Assembly: GCA_046598345.1 (NCBI GenBank)
Contig: JBKJIT010000004.1
Location: 69,702-133,701, forward strand
DNA from: Minisyncoccia bacterium
GTDB taxonomy: Bacteria; Patescibacteriota; Minisyncoccia; Phycocordibacterales; UBA918
Length of the DNA stretch: 64,000 nt
Direction: 5' to 3'
A program made the translations under genes and the position numbers. Below, piece after piece: positions 1 through 9,509 of this stretch. How positions within the stretch are numbered: position 1 is the stretch's first letter; each line of letters starts with the position of its first letter. The notes under the pieces were generated by a model that saw only the letters and a list, made by a program, of their open reading frames with translations, had not been told where the DNA came from and ran no database searches.

Positions 1-53
1 CCCTGCCGCCGGAGCAGATAGCATTTCGTGGGATTTCTTGGGATAATGACGAC

Positions 54-275
54 GTGACTAAAACATTTACATGTCTGGAATTAGGAGGTATTTGCGACGA
101 AAAGTTTTCCGGAGAAACGTTCATGGATATCGTGAACAAAGGTATGGGACATATGATGTCTGATGAGGCTCACAAAGCGAAGATTATTAACATGGAAGCC
201 GAAACTGGTGAATCCAAAGAGCAATGGATGGAAAAGATGCAAAATGAGTTTGATGGTAAGCCAGAAGATAAATAA
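54..275 (+). CDS. DUF1059-like small metal-binding protein
   Basis: 73 aa; N-terminal 'TFTCLELGGICDEKFSGET' Cys pair resembles the DUF1059 family; recognised from sequence memory only. Confidence 0.45.
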   Translation: MTKTFTCLELGGICDEKFSGETFMDIVNKGMGHMMSDEAHKAKIINMEAETGESKEQWMEKMQNEFDGKPEDK

Positions 276-531
276 CTTGAAAAAAGTCGTTCCAAAAAAG
301 AAGAGCGAGGTAGTTCGTGGATTCACCATTAAGTACCACGCAAGTGGTAGGACCGTTTGGTCAAAAGGAAAGATACAGAACGGTCAACCTAACGGCTATT
401 GGGAATGGTATCGTCCTGATGGTACTCGGAAGCGCTCAGGTACTTTTAAACAAGGAGAACCTGCCGGCAAGTGGACGACATACGATTCAAAAGGAAAGGT
501 ATATAAAGTCACACAGAAAGAAGCTAAGTAA
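253..531 (+). CDS. MORN-variant (YwqK-like) repeat protein
   Basis: Repeated G-x-W/Y-x-x-Y-x-x-x-G motifs ('NGYWEWYRPDGTRKRSGTFKQGEPAGKWTTYDSKGK'); start uncertain, and the longer ORF from 163 overlaps the upstream gene. Confidence 0.45.
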   Translation: MVSQKINNLKKVVPKKKSEVVRGFTIKYHASGRTVWSKGKIQNGQPNGYWEWYRPDGTRKRSGTFKQGEPAGKWTTYDSKGKVYKVTQKEAK

Positions 532-820
532 TCGGCACAAATACCCTATTGGCGGTAAAGAAGGTTCGAAGATTGGAAGCTAAGGGGAGCTAGTGAAAAA
601 GACCTTGTTTTTCAAGGTCTTTTTCTATCACCATTGACTACGTTCGAACCTCCAGCGCGGTAAAGTATAATTCTTAGGTAATGCCACCTGTAAAAGTTTG
701 GATTTTCGTAGGGTCTATCGTATTCATTATCCTTGTGGGGTTACTCTTTTGGGAACCTGAGGATACGAAGCAGTTACCTTGCCCGGATGGGATTCATTCG
801 CATGATGGTAGTCCTGAGCA

Positions 821-1621
821 TTGCGCATAAGCATGAAATTGTTTTTTCTCAGTCTCCTCTTGGCATGTATGGTTGTCATACCTTCTTTGAGCATTGCTCA
901 CGAGGTACTCCCCGCAACATACCTGGAATTTGTTCAAAGTAATCCAAACTATACCGACGCTGAATTTCAAGGATTTATGAATGCATATCCCGAACTACAG
1001 GGAGATGCGAATTTTATGGACCATATCAATACCGTACGAAACACTCCCGCTAGTTGGCTCCATAACGTTCGTGATTTTGTCCGCCTGGGTGTCATCCACA
1101 TTCTCGAAGGTACTGACCATGTGCTTTTCGTTCTTTCTCTCTTGCTCGTCTATACAACGTTTAAACGAGAAGCACTCCTCCTCACGGTATTTACCCTTGC
1201 GCACAGTATTTCACTCATCATTGCCGGGTCTGGCCTACTCACACTCTCATCGAGAGTGGTGGAGCCCATAGTGGCACTCTCCATCACCTATATGGCCATC
1301 ACGAGTGTCTTCCTAAAAAAATATAAAATATTTAAAGCTCACGGCAATAAAATTTCAACAGTGTTTATATTTGGTCTGTTCCACGGTCTTGGTTTTGCAG
1401 GGCTTCTTCGAAACATACAGGTACCTGATGATCGTTTTATCTCATCACTTTTGTCATTCAACGTTGGTATTGAATTGGGTCAATTTGCAATCGTCGCTGC
1501 CGTCTTGCCGTTTATCTATCTCTTCAAAGGACGGAAGTGGTATCCAAAAGTAATAAAAGTAATTGCAGTCATTATTGCGCTTGTTGGACTTTTCTGGGGT
1601 TTTCAAAGAATATTTTTGTAA
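821..1621 (+). CDS. HupE/UreJ-family membrane protein (putative Ni/Co transporter)
   Basis: 266 aa, multi-TM, signal peptide, 'HILEGTDH' HupE/UreJ-type His motif. Confidence 0.55.
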   Translation: MRISMKLFFLSLLLACMVVIPSLSIAHEVLPATYLEFVQSNPNYTDAEFQGFMNAYPELQGDANFMDHINTVRNTPASWLHNVRDFVRLGVIHILEGTDHVLFVLSLLLVYTTFKREALLLTVFTLAHSISLIIAGSGLLTLSSRVVEPIVALSITYMAITSVFLKKYKIFKAHGNKISTVFIFGLFHGLGFAGLLRNIQVPDDRFISSLLSFNVGIELGQFAIVAAVLPFIYLFKGRKWYPKVIKVIAVIIALVGLFWGFQRIFL

Positions 1622-1867
1622 GTCGAACAAAGTTTGATTCCCTACGATATAGGTTTTAACTTCGCTTAATTTACTCTGACAGAATAACAGTCTAGGAGAC
1701 TGCTACGTCAGGATTCGAAGACCTTGCTTGCTATCTTTTGAGCGCTTGACCGAAGCATACCCCGTCTGTTAGCCAGCACTAAACAGGAAAGGGGTCAGGA
1801 AAAGATTTGTTTTGCTGTGTGGGAGAGCGAAAATAGTGTTAAGAATAATACTGGTATAATTTAAGTA

Positions 1868-3211
1868 ATGTCAAAAAGATTACTTTTTACCATTCTCATA
1901 CTACTCATGACCGCAGTCATGATCTTAAGCGGTATTTTGCTTTCTAAGTTTACCCAAGAGCGCCTTAGTGAAAATCTGGTCGATCAATTTTATGAGCAAG
2001 AAGAATTGGCCGCAAAGCAAACAGCATTTACTCTTGAAAACTACACGGCAAACATTACCGACAAGCTCTACATTATTTCACAACTACCGGAGATACGCTT
2101 TGGTGGCACGGACGAGTGTAACAAAAGCTTCGAACAAGTTATTGCTATTACCCAACTCAAGGTAGGAAATCTTGCACGCGTAGGTCAAGATGGTCGATTC
2201 ACATGTTCCTTAAACAAGGCGCTTATTGGTATTGAAGCAGCAACTTTGGGAGACTATATTCCAAAAATATTCAATGACCCAGACCACAAACCTGTACTGA
2301 GTAGGGCTATAATTCCTCCCGGACTAACAAGCCACATTGCCGCCGTACATGTGCCTGTCTATGACGATGAAAAGATATTTATTGGGACATTAGGTGGGGC
2401 AATCTATTTCAACGAGATAGAAGAGAAGATTTTAAAAGATATCAAGCTTTCAGAGGAGGAGGCTGTAGTACTTATTGATGACGACGGCACCATTCTGTAC
2501 CATCCAACTTCAGAGTTAATTGGCAAAAACGCCGAATCTGCTGAAGTTCAAGAACTCAATAACAATAGCCATACGTATAAAAAAATAATTGATTCTACAA
2601 GCAAGAACGAGACTGGAACAATGCGTTACTCATTCGAAGGTACAGAAAAGATCGCCGCATTTGCGCCAGTACATATTTTACCTGATCATAATTGGACAAT
2701 TATAATTTCGGTACCCTTGAGTGAAGTGGATGAAAATCTCGCGGTTCTTGGTGTGCAGTCTCTGTTCAGTTGGCAAATCGGCATCCTTTCAATGATCATA
2801 CTTCTCATGACTTTGTCATTCTTGTGGTATATGATCATTCAATTTTTCAATCCTATTAGCAAAATAACTTTCGCGGCAAAGAAAGTATCAGAGGGAGATT
2901 GGGGGGTAGAGGTGCCCAAGATGAGAAATGACGAGATAGGTACACTCGCTAAAGTTTTTAGTGAAATGGTCGTGCGTCTTAAATCTTATTATCAAAACCT
3001 CGAAAAAGAAGTTGCAGAAAAGACAAAAGAGTCCGAAGAGAGAGTGACGCAAATCAAATCCGTCGCTAAAGCATTGGAAACTTCAAATCAAGAACTTGCT
3101 CAAAAGATGAAGGAGCTGGAAAAGATGAATAGGTTCATGGTTGACCGAGAGATGAAGATGACTGAACTCAAACGTGAGAATAAGGAGCTGAAGATAAAGA
3201 TTTCACAATAA
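1868..3211 (+). CDS. Membrane sensor: TM, extracytoplasmic Cache-like domain, TM, HAMP, C-terminal coiled coil; no output domain
   Basis: N-terminal TM, ~270-aa periplasmic region, second TM (SWQIGILSMIILLMTLSFLWYMII), HAMP-like 'ISKITFAAKKVSEGDWGVEVPKMRNDEIGTLAKVFSEMVVRLK', then coiled coil ending KMNRFMVDREMKMTELKRENKELK; TATAAT at 1854-1859. Confidence 0.6.
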   Translation: MSKRLLFTILILLMTAVMILSGILLSKFTQERLSENLVDQFYEQEELAAKQTAFTLENYTANITDKLYIISQLPEIRFGGTDECNKSFEQVIAITQLKVGNLARVGQDGRFTCSLNKALIGIEAATLGDYIPKIFNDPDHKPVLSRAIIPPGLTSHIAAVHVPVYDDEKIFIGTLGGAIYFNEIEEKILKDIKLSEEEAVVLIDDDGTILYHPTSELIGKNAESAEVQELNNNSHTYKKIIDSTSKNETGTMRYSFEGTEKIAAFAPVHILPDHNWTIIISVPLSEVDENLAVLGVQSLFSWQIGILSMIILLMTLSFLWYMIIQFFNPISKITFAAKKVSEGDWGVEVPKMRNDEIGTLAKVFSEMVVRLKSYYQNLEKEVAEKTKESEERVTQIKSVAKALETSNQELAQKMKELEKMNRFMVDREMKMTELKRENKELKIKISQ

Positions 3212-3464
3212 ACCACTGCGTACCAATTTCCCAAAGTTGAACCGAGGGATTATTCTCAACATCTCGCTGTGGCATTTTACCCCCCCAGGAGGGTATGTGA
3301 CATAATTCAGAAATGAAATTGGATGCAAAAAAAGCGCAATGATTTTGCAAGGATTGAGATAGCTGCTCGCGGAGCTTCCTAATGAATTCGCCCATTTGGG
3401 CAATTTTGTGTTACAAAAACTGGCTGAGAAAGCGATACAAATTGCTGTCTACTGAATTCGAAAA

Positions 3465-4040
3465 GTGTGGACGTATCATAACAATTTGTCAGATGAAGTG
3501 AGATGCTATACTTCACGAATGAATATAATACCTAATCGTATGGAAATCGAGGAAGAACTGAGAGTCAGTAGCGCTGCACTTAAAGTAATTTCTCAGGGAG
3601 TGGTGATTTCAAGGGCGGACCAGTTAATAATTTCAACGAATGTTGCTTTTGCAGACATAACGCAATATTCAATCGAGGAAATCGTGAATAAAAATTGCAG
3701 ATTCCTTCAAGGTCCACTTACCAATATGGAAACAGTACGATCTATACATGATGCACTCAGTAGTGGAAAGGAGTTTGAAGGTGAAATCCTAAACTACCGG
3801 AAAGACGGTACTACTTTTTGGAATGAGCTTACCATTTCTCCTATACATAATGAGCAAGGCGAAATAACTCATTTTATCGGTATCACACGTGATATTACCC
3901 TTCGGAAAAATTTGCAAGACAAATTGGCGGTACAATTGGATCAAGTAGAGAAACTAAATAAATTTATGCAGGATAGAGAGCTCAAGATGATTACACTGAA
4001 GAAGGAAATTGAAGCTTTAAAAGCAGCAAGTCAGAAATAG
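3465..4040 (+). CDS. LOV-domain (PAS) blue-light sensor with C-terminal coiled coil; no output domain
   Basis: Canonical flavin-adduct motif NCRFLQG (Cys codon 3696-3698) within a PAS fold (...GEILNYRKDGTTFWNELTISPIHNEQGEITHFIGITRDIT); true start probably Met at 3519 or 3540. Confidence 0.7.
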   Translation: MWTYHNNLSDEVRCYTSRMNIIPNRMEIEEELRVSSAALKVISQGVVISRADQLIISTNVAFADITQYSIEEIVNKNCRFLQGPLTNMETVRSIHDALSSGKEFEGEILNYRKDGTTFWNELTISPIHNEQGEITHFIGITRDITLRKNLQDKLAVQLDQVEKLNKFMQDRELKMITLKKEIEALKAASQK

Positions 4041-4179
4041 TGTTTCAACAAGTAACGCTACTCTTTCTGACGAGATAAAGGGCTTTTGATCTTTATACTA
4101 CCCACCTTCAAATATCCTTCACAGAGCGGAGCGGTAAAAGACGCTTTATCAAATTACTTTAGTTTGATATTGTCTAAGC

Positions 4180-4617
4180 ATGAAATCAATTAATCCTTGG
4201 ATCAACTTCAATGGTAATGCAGAGGAAGCTTTTGTATTTTACAAGTCTATCTTTGGTGGTGAGTTTACAAAGAGTATACGTTTCAAAGATATTGTGACCG
4301 CAGAATTTCCTGTAGCAGAGAAAGAAGAGAATAAAATAATGTATATTGCGTTGCCAGTTGGTAACGGTAACGTATTAATTGGAAATGATGTCCCAGAGTT
4401 TATGGGAAAAGTTAATGAGGATGAAAACAGAAGCAAAATTTCAATACATACAGAAAGTAAAGAAGAGGCTGACAGAGTATTCAATGGACTTTCGGCTGGA
4501 GGGGCAGTTGAAGGACCAATGGGGGATAGCCCTTGGGGTACGTATTGTGGAATGTTCAGAGACAAATACGGTATTGAATGGATAGTGGAATTTGACTCGA
4601 ATATTAAAGCAAGCTGA
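4180..4617 (+). CDS. VOC/glyoxalase-superfamily protein (PhnB-like)
   Basis: 145 aa; 'EAFVFYKSIFGGEF...MYIALPVGNGNVLIGND...SPWGTYCGMFRDKYGIEW' typical PhnB/YjdN-like. Confidence 0.65.
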   Translation: MKSINPWINFNGNAEEAFVFYKSIFGGEFTKSIRFKDIVTAEFPVAEKEENKIMYIALPVGNGNVLIGNDVPEFMGKVNEDENRSKISIHTESKEEADRVFNGLSAGGAVEGPMGDSPWGTYCGMFRDKYGIEWIVEFDSNIKAS

Positions 4618-5005
4618 TTGTAATTCTGAGGCGGTTTCTTGTTTGTAATTCGTTGTTAGATGCAGGTGCAAACCTTTGTGCTGTTAGGTTACGGATGTGG
4701 TATGGGCACGTACTGCGGCAAAGATTTAGTTCTATAAAGCTTCAGCTCGGGTTCTCGGAATATCTTTTTTTCTCACTTTCGCATGCTTAGTCCGGTTATT
4801 CTTTCATATGAAAACGATTAAAATTTTGAGCTTTGTACTTTTACTAGCATTTGGAGTGTTTATGCTTGTGTTTGGTGGATATACGATAGTCCGGGAGCAC
4901 AGGGGCTGAGACTCTTTGCAGCTCTATTTGCTGTGTGGAAATTATTTAGACTCTTCAAAAAAAATTCGAAGCAAGACTAACGTGTCTGAAGTCAGAGGTA
5001 GTGTA

Positions 5006-5452
5006 TTAAGCATCAGGAATTTCTGGTTCAACTAATTTTGCAAGCTTTTCGAGTGATTCCTGCCAGCCGAGGTAACACATTTCAACTGGGATTTGTGGAG
5101 GAATACCTTCTTGCGTGATCTGGAGTTCAGTACCTCCAATAACTTTCTTAAACGTTACTGTCGTAGTCATCTCGCCGGGCAGATTTGGGTCATCAAACCG
5201 GTCAGAATATTTTACTAATTCATTTTGTTGCATTTCGAGGAAAGTTCCACCAAATGAGCTGCCTTTGCCGGTCGTGAAGTTTGTAAACGTCATTTTGTAG
5301 CTACCACCAACTGTAGCATCGTAACTTTGCACGGTACATATAAATCCATACGGAGGTATCCATGAGGCATGGGCATCGGCCTCTGTGAACGCGCGGTACA
5401 GCTTTTCAGGTATTGTTTTTATAACCCTGTGAAGTTTTATGGTATTTGACAT
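5006..5452 (-). CDS. SRPBCC/AHSA1-like domain protein
   Basis: 148 aa; pattern of Activator-of-Hsp90-ATPase-homolog-like SRPBCC proteins (KLHRVIKTIPEKLYRAFTEADA...WIPP). Confidence 0.6.
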   Translation of the reverse strand: MSNTIKLHRVIKTIPEKLYRAFTEADAHASWIPPYGFICTVQSYDATVGGSYKMTFTNFTTGKGSSFGGTFLEMQQNELVKYSDRFDDPNLPGEMTTTVTFKKVIGGTELQITQEGIPPQIPVEMCYLGWQESLEKLAKLVEPEIPDA

Positions 5453-5714
5453 AGGTATTAGTGTAGATCAATTCATGCAATTTTCAAATCCTGCGGCCAT
5501 ACAATGAGAGAGGTCTGATTGTGCGTGGTTTTTTGTATTCCTATAAATGAATAAAAGTCTGGGGTACTTGGAAAAGGAATTTGGGAATAATAATCTTCGA
5601 TTCAGAGAACATGCTTCAGATACTTACGAAAAAAATAGAAAATTCTCACATCTAGTTAGGGAATCCGTCAGAATAACTGTATTGTTAGAGAATCCCTATT
5701 AGCTAATTTAATAC

Positions 5715-5984
5715 ATGGAACAAAATACATATAAGTACGCTTCAATCGTGCTAGCACTCATCGCTCTTATATTTGCGTACCTCTACTTCTCCAAAGTAGA
5801 ACCAAACGCGGGTGATCTTTATCAAAGTGTTTCTGACAAAGTCGGGGAATGTAGCGAAGATATTACTGAGTGGAAGACTAAATATAGTGATATAGCTTCT
5901 TCAACCGAAAAACAAGCAGACCTTGATAAGATTCTTGAGAACTGTCAGGAAGTAATTACTGAAGGGCAGGCTCAACTTCAATAA
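5715..5984 (+). CDS. hypothetical membrane-anchored small protein
   Basis: 89 aa, single N-terminal TM helix, acidic tail. Confidence 0.3.
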   Translation: MEQNTYKYASIVLALIALIFAYLYFSKVEPNAGDLYQSVSDKVGECSEDITEWKTKYSDIASSTEKQADLDKILENCQEVITEGQAQLQ

Positions 5985-6079
5985 TCCAATTCGTACGTTG
6001 AAAAACCTCAATATTTTTGTATTGAGGTTTTTCATTTCATTTTCCTAGATGAGTGAGATAAGATAACCTTACAGTATAT

Positions 6080-6532
6080 ATGCAACTTTTAAATAATACC
6101 GAGACAACAGAAGTACGGAGCGAAGCTTCACAGTTTCTTATCGATCATAAGAAGATGATTCTTACCGTTTTGGATAAGGATGGGTACCCAAATTCCTCGT
6201 TGGTGCTCTATGTTGCTGATGACTTCACTATTTACTTTGGTACCCGCCGTGCGTTCGGAAAATATGCAGCGCTAACAACAAATCCACACGTTGCGATTGC
6301 CGTTGTACAAGAAAGCATCGATCCACTTCAGGTTCTCGACATACAGGGAATAGCAGAAGAAATACCGGAAGCCGAGACAAAGAAGACCGTGGAGTGGTTT
6401 ATGAGTAAGAATACGTCGAAGTTTTACATTAAAGGCGCCGAAGATCTCGTCATGTTTAAAATCAAACCACTGTGTATTCGATGGTTAAACGCCACTAGTG
6501 GCGATTTCCAAGTCTGCGACATTCAGGTGTAA
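6080..6532 (+). CDS. Pyridoxamine 5'-phosphate oxidase-like FMN-binding protein
   Basis: 150 aa split-barrel-like pattern; start after AT-rich leader. Confidence 0.5.
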   Translation: MQLLNNTETTEVRSEASQFLIDHKKMILTVLDKDGYPNSSLVLYVADDFTIYFGTRRAFGKYAALTTNPHVAIAVVQESIDPLQVLDIQGIAEEIPEAETKKTVEWFMSKNTSKFYIKGAEDLVMFKIKPLCIRWLNATSGDFQVCDIQV

Positions 6533-6536
6533 ATGC

Positions 6537-6563
6537 ATAAAAAAGCCCCCGAGTTAAGGGGGC
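6537..6563 (-). terminator. Rho-independent terminator for the HAD hydrolase gene
   Basis: gccccc-gagttaa-gggggc hairpin preceded by an A-run on + (T-run on - strand). Confidence 0.55.
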
Positions 6564-6593
6564 CAACGAATGGTTGTTTTGCTCCACTTGCTC

Positions 6594-7226
6594 TTATGGA
6601 GAGAGGAAGGCGGGGAGCTCTTCGAATGTGCTGATGTACCCGTCGAATCCTTCTGCTCTTACGATTGTTGGCCGAAGCGTCTGAATCGTACGCATGCCTA
6701 GTTCTTTTCCGGCTTTGAGTTCGGAAAGCGGATTGTCGCCCACGACTACCACTTCTTCTGGCTTCCATCCGTACCTTGTGCGGATGTCTTCGAAGATCTT
6801 CTTCTTGCCTTGTCTTGTCCCCAGATCATCAATCGTGTCGATCACGACCTCAGCAAACAAGTGCTTGATCTTGAGAAGTTGAATCTTCTTCGCTTGCAAC
6901 CGCTCGTACCCGGAGGTGACGAGAAAACGTGGCATTAAAATATCTGCGAGAAGGTTCTCGTCGCCGAAGGTTTCAATGTGATCGGGAACACTGAGCGTTG
7001 CGTGTGCGGCGCGCATTTCTCTTGCTACGCAGGGCGGCAGATAGAATATTTCGATCACGTCCTCGAGACTGGTCGTCCAGAGCACACGATTGATCTCTTT
7101 CTTTGTGGAGAGAGGCACGACGTGTGAAGCGTGAAGGACAGCAAATACGGGGTCAAGGAAGCCTTCACCCAATGTCCGTGTGTCGAACACGCACATGTCG
7201 AGATCCAAAATGATGCCTTTGTACAT
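6594..7226 (-). CDS. HAD-superfamily hydrolase
   Basis: Motif I 'ILDLDMCVFDT', motif IV 'VVVGDNPLSEL'. Confidence 0.65.
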   Translation of the reverse strand: MYKGIILDLDMCVFDTRTLGEGFLDPVFAVLHASHVVPLSTKKEINRVLWTTSLEDVIEIFYLPPCVAREMRAAHATLSVPDHIETFGDENLLADILMPRFLVTSGYERLQAKKIQLLKIKHLFAEVVIDTIDDLGTRQGKKKIFEDIRTRYGWKPEEVVVVGDNPLSELKAGKELGMRTIQTLRPTIVRAEGFDGYISTFEELPAFLSP

Positions 7227-7247
7227 GTTTCCTCCTTTTGAGGTTGG

Positions 7248-7878
7248 TTATTCGTGGCGGATGGGACGGATGATGGGTGCGCGATGACGGAGCATGTTCT
7301 CTCCACGGTTTCCAAATTGCATACGGAAACCGCATACACCGTCACCAAACTGCTTCGCGTACACATTCATGGCATTGAAGTTAAACGCGTACCCCCAGAC
7401 CACAAATGAGATGTGACTCTCGATGCGGTCATTTTTTGTCTGTATCCATTCGACAAGTGTCTGCATGCACTCACGCATGAGACGCGGTGCTAGACCCTTA
7501 CCTTGGTTTGATCGATCGATACCGATCTGGTCAAGCTTCGATGACTGGCTCGGCACGATGAAACCCACCATGCACTTGCCACCCTGCGTAGCCTACCACA
7601 GTTCCTGCATCCTCTACCACAAAGTACTGATACACCGGAAAACTGCGAAAGAGGCAAGTAATCCATTCCCGTGCACCTTCCACACGATCTCGGTCACCGA
7701 GAAAGACCGATGAGTTTATTGTTGCGATACTCGCTATATCGGTCTCTGTTGCTCTCCGTATGATACCCGTTTCCATCACGTTCCTTCCTACTTGTTGGAA
7801 CAAAGTGTCCAAAAGATGTAACGAGTACTTATAGTGATAAGTTTTTAAGATCCGAAGAAACTCTTGATGCGACCCCAC
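7248..7878 (-). pseudogene. GNAT N-acetyltransferase interrupted by a frameshift (or a sequencing error)
   Basis: N-terminal half (7531-7878: ...VVGYAGWQVHGGFHR) and C-terminal half (7248-7571: IGIDRSNQGKGLAPRLMRE, acetyl-CoA motif A) are in different frames and overlap near 7560. Confidence 0.45.
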
Positions 7879-8909
7879 ATACTTTTTTGTGGAGGATTCT
7901 TTCGTTCAGCTCTTCGCTTTTCTTCAACCTCCTTTAGATCTTTTTCTGAAAATGTATCGCGTCCCCCGTATTGATTGTACTCACGGTTCCATCCTGGAGT
8001 CACGAAATGCTTTCCATCTGGGGTGCGCTTCGGAGACGAGGCGTCTCTGCCCACAGTACCCGATTGTGCAAAGTCAGGGTCGCGTTCCGTTTTGTGTATC
8101 GTTGGAAGCCCTAATGCAGTCAGATTCGGGTCTCTCCACTCAAGGTAGGGACGAACAGCTCTTTCTTGTGTGTCGAGTTGAAAATTGCTCGTGTTAGTAT
8201 CTCGCTCCGTTTCGTTTTTAGTAGGGTGTCCGAGAACTTTCTTAGCGGGATCAATCCATTGTCCATTAGTTCTGTCTGCGCCACGGAGTTGATCGTACCA
8301 GCCTGATTCATTATTTTGAGTCTCTTGAGGCGCTTCTTTGATCTCAATGGTTTTCTCCGTGGGAATAGGTCGTTGGTACGAATGACCACCCATTTTTGCC
8401 GTGCCATCTGGATTTGCAGTGTTATATCCTTCTCCTGGTTTTGATGGAACAAAATCTGAAGGAAGTTTAATTGCTGGCGGACGAGTTGAAAGTACTTCTT
8501 GGCTAATATTGTCATTTTTCTCAGATCCGTGGGTTGCGTAACTCTGAATAACACTGAATGCACTTTCAAAGCATTTCTCATTAAAAGCAATATGCTCAGC
8601 GTTTTGAACAAGAATAAATTCAGCTTTAATTTTTTCCTTATTAACGATGCGGCGTGAAAGGAGGTACCTGATGATCTGAATCTTATAATAGAGATCCTGC
8701 ATGAACTCTGAGTGAGGAGCAATTGTAGGATCTTTTTCGGCTGCAGCTAAACGAGTCAGATACTCTGTGCGTTTTTGCAAAAGAAATTTTCCTGTCTCCG
8801 AGTCTGCGGGAAAGACAATTTCAGATGCGTTTAATGGCGTTCGGACATCGTGTGTCTCTCGAGCCTCCACCTTTCTTCCGCCGATAAATCCCTCTTGTTT
8901 CATGTGCAA
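7845..8909 (-). CDS. hypothetical protein, structured N-terminal domain with low-complexity tail
   Basis: 354-aa ORF, no recognisable motif; C-terminal half rich in T/N/P/R/D. Confidence 0.4.
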   Translation of the reverse strand: MHMKQEGFIGGRKVEARETHDVRTPLNASEIVFPADSETGKFLLQKRTEYLTRLAAAEKDPTIAPHSEFMQDLYYKIQIIRYLLSRRIVNKEKIKAEFILVQNAEHIAFNEKCFESAFSVIQSYATHGSEKNDNISQEVLSTRPPAIKLPSDFVPSKPGEGYNTANPDGTAKMGGHSYQRPIPTEKTIEIKEAPQETQNNESGWYDQLRGADRTNGQWIDPAKKVLGHPTKNETERDTNTSNFQLDTQERAVRPYLEWRDPNLTALGLPTIHKTERDPDFAQSGTVGRDASSPKRTPDGKHFVTPGWNREYNQYGGRDTFSEKDLKEVEEKRRAERKNPPQKSMWGRIKSFFGS

Positions 8910-9112
8910 ATCAAGTTACTACTCATTACGATAGCTTAATCATACACGTTTATGAGCCTGGAAACCGGTGTCGTCCCCATGGGGGATTTCTAGGGTTTCC
9001 ACCGTACAGGGGTAGATTTCCCCGGCATAGGGGTTTTCCCCCAGGGAATATGGTACGATTATGAGCGAGAACAGGATTACTACTAATAAATTTTCGTATT
9101 CTCACTAACTAT

Positions 9113-9376
9113 ATGGCTACTGCAAAAAAAGCAAATTCAGCGTTTATGAAACCGATGACGATCAGTCCCGAGCTCGCAGAAGTGGTTGGGAAGGGGCCAA
9201 TGCCTCGCTCAGAGGTGGTTAAGGCACTTTGGATCTATATCAAGAAGCACGATCTTCAGGATCCTACGAACAAGCGGAACATTAACGGTGACGCGGCCCT
9301 CAAGGCAGTCTTTGGTGGAAAGGAGACTGTAAATATGTTTGAAATGACGAAGCTCGTTTCAAAGCATCTTTCGTAA
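9113..9376 (+). CDS. SWIB/MDM2-domain protein
   Basis: 87 aa; 'ISPELAEVVGKGPMPRSEVVKALWIYIKKHDLQDPTNKRNINGDAALKAVFG' is a textbook SWIB domain. Confidence 0.7.
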   Translation: MATAKKANSAFMKPMTISPELAEVVGKGPMPRSEVVKALWIYIKKHDLQDPTNKRNINGDAALKAVFGGKETVNMFEMTKLVSKHLS

Positions 9377-9396
9377 TCTCTATTTCAGAAGAAAAA

Positions 9397-9426
9397 CACC
9401 GCCCGGCCTTGCCGGGCGGTGTTTTC
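9397..9426 (+). terminator. Rho-independent terminator
   Basis: caccgcccggc-ctt-gccgggcggtg followed by TTTTC. Confidence 0.8.
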
Positions 9427-9509
9427 ATGGTGATTTGACATCGCTATTTTTTGGAGTACTTTTTGAGTAGCAAGTTCACAAACCATCGTTACGTCATAGG
9501 AGAGTCATA

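Noticed and set aside
163-252. N-terminal 30 codons of the ORF starting at 163
   Set aside because: This extension overlaps the DUF1059-like gene out of frame and is highly basic. A downstream Met (253) gives a non-overlapping MORN-repeat protein.
8120-8722. 200-aa ORF overlapping the 354-aa gene on the same strand
   Set aside because: It is in an alternative frame of a region already covered by the longer ORF and has Leu/Arg/Lys-rich low-complexity composition; likely spurious.
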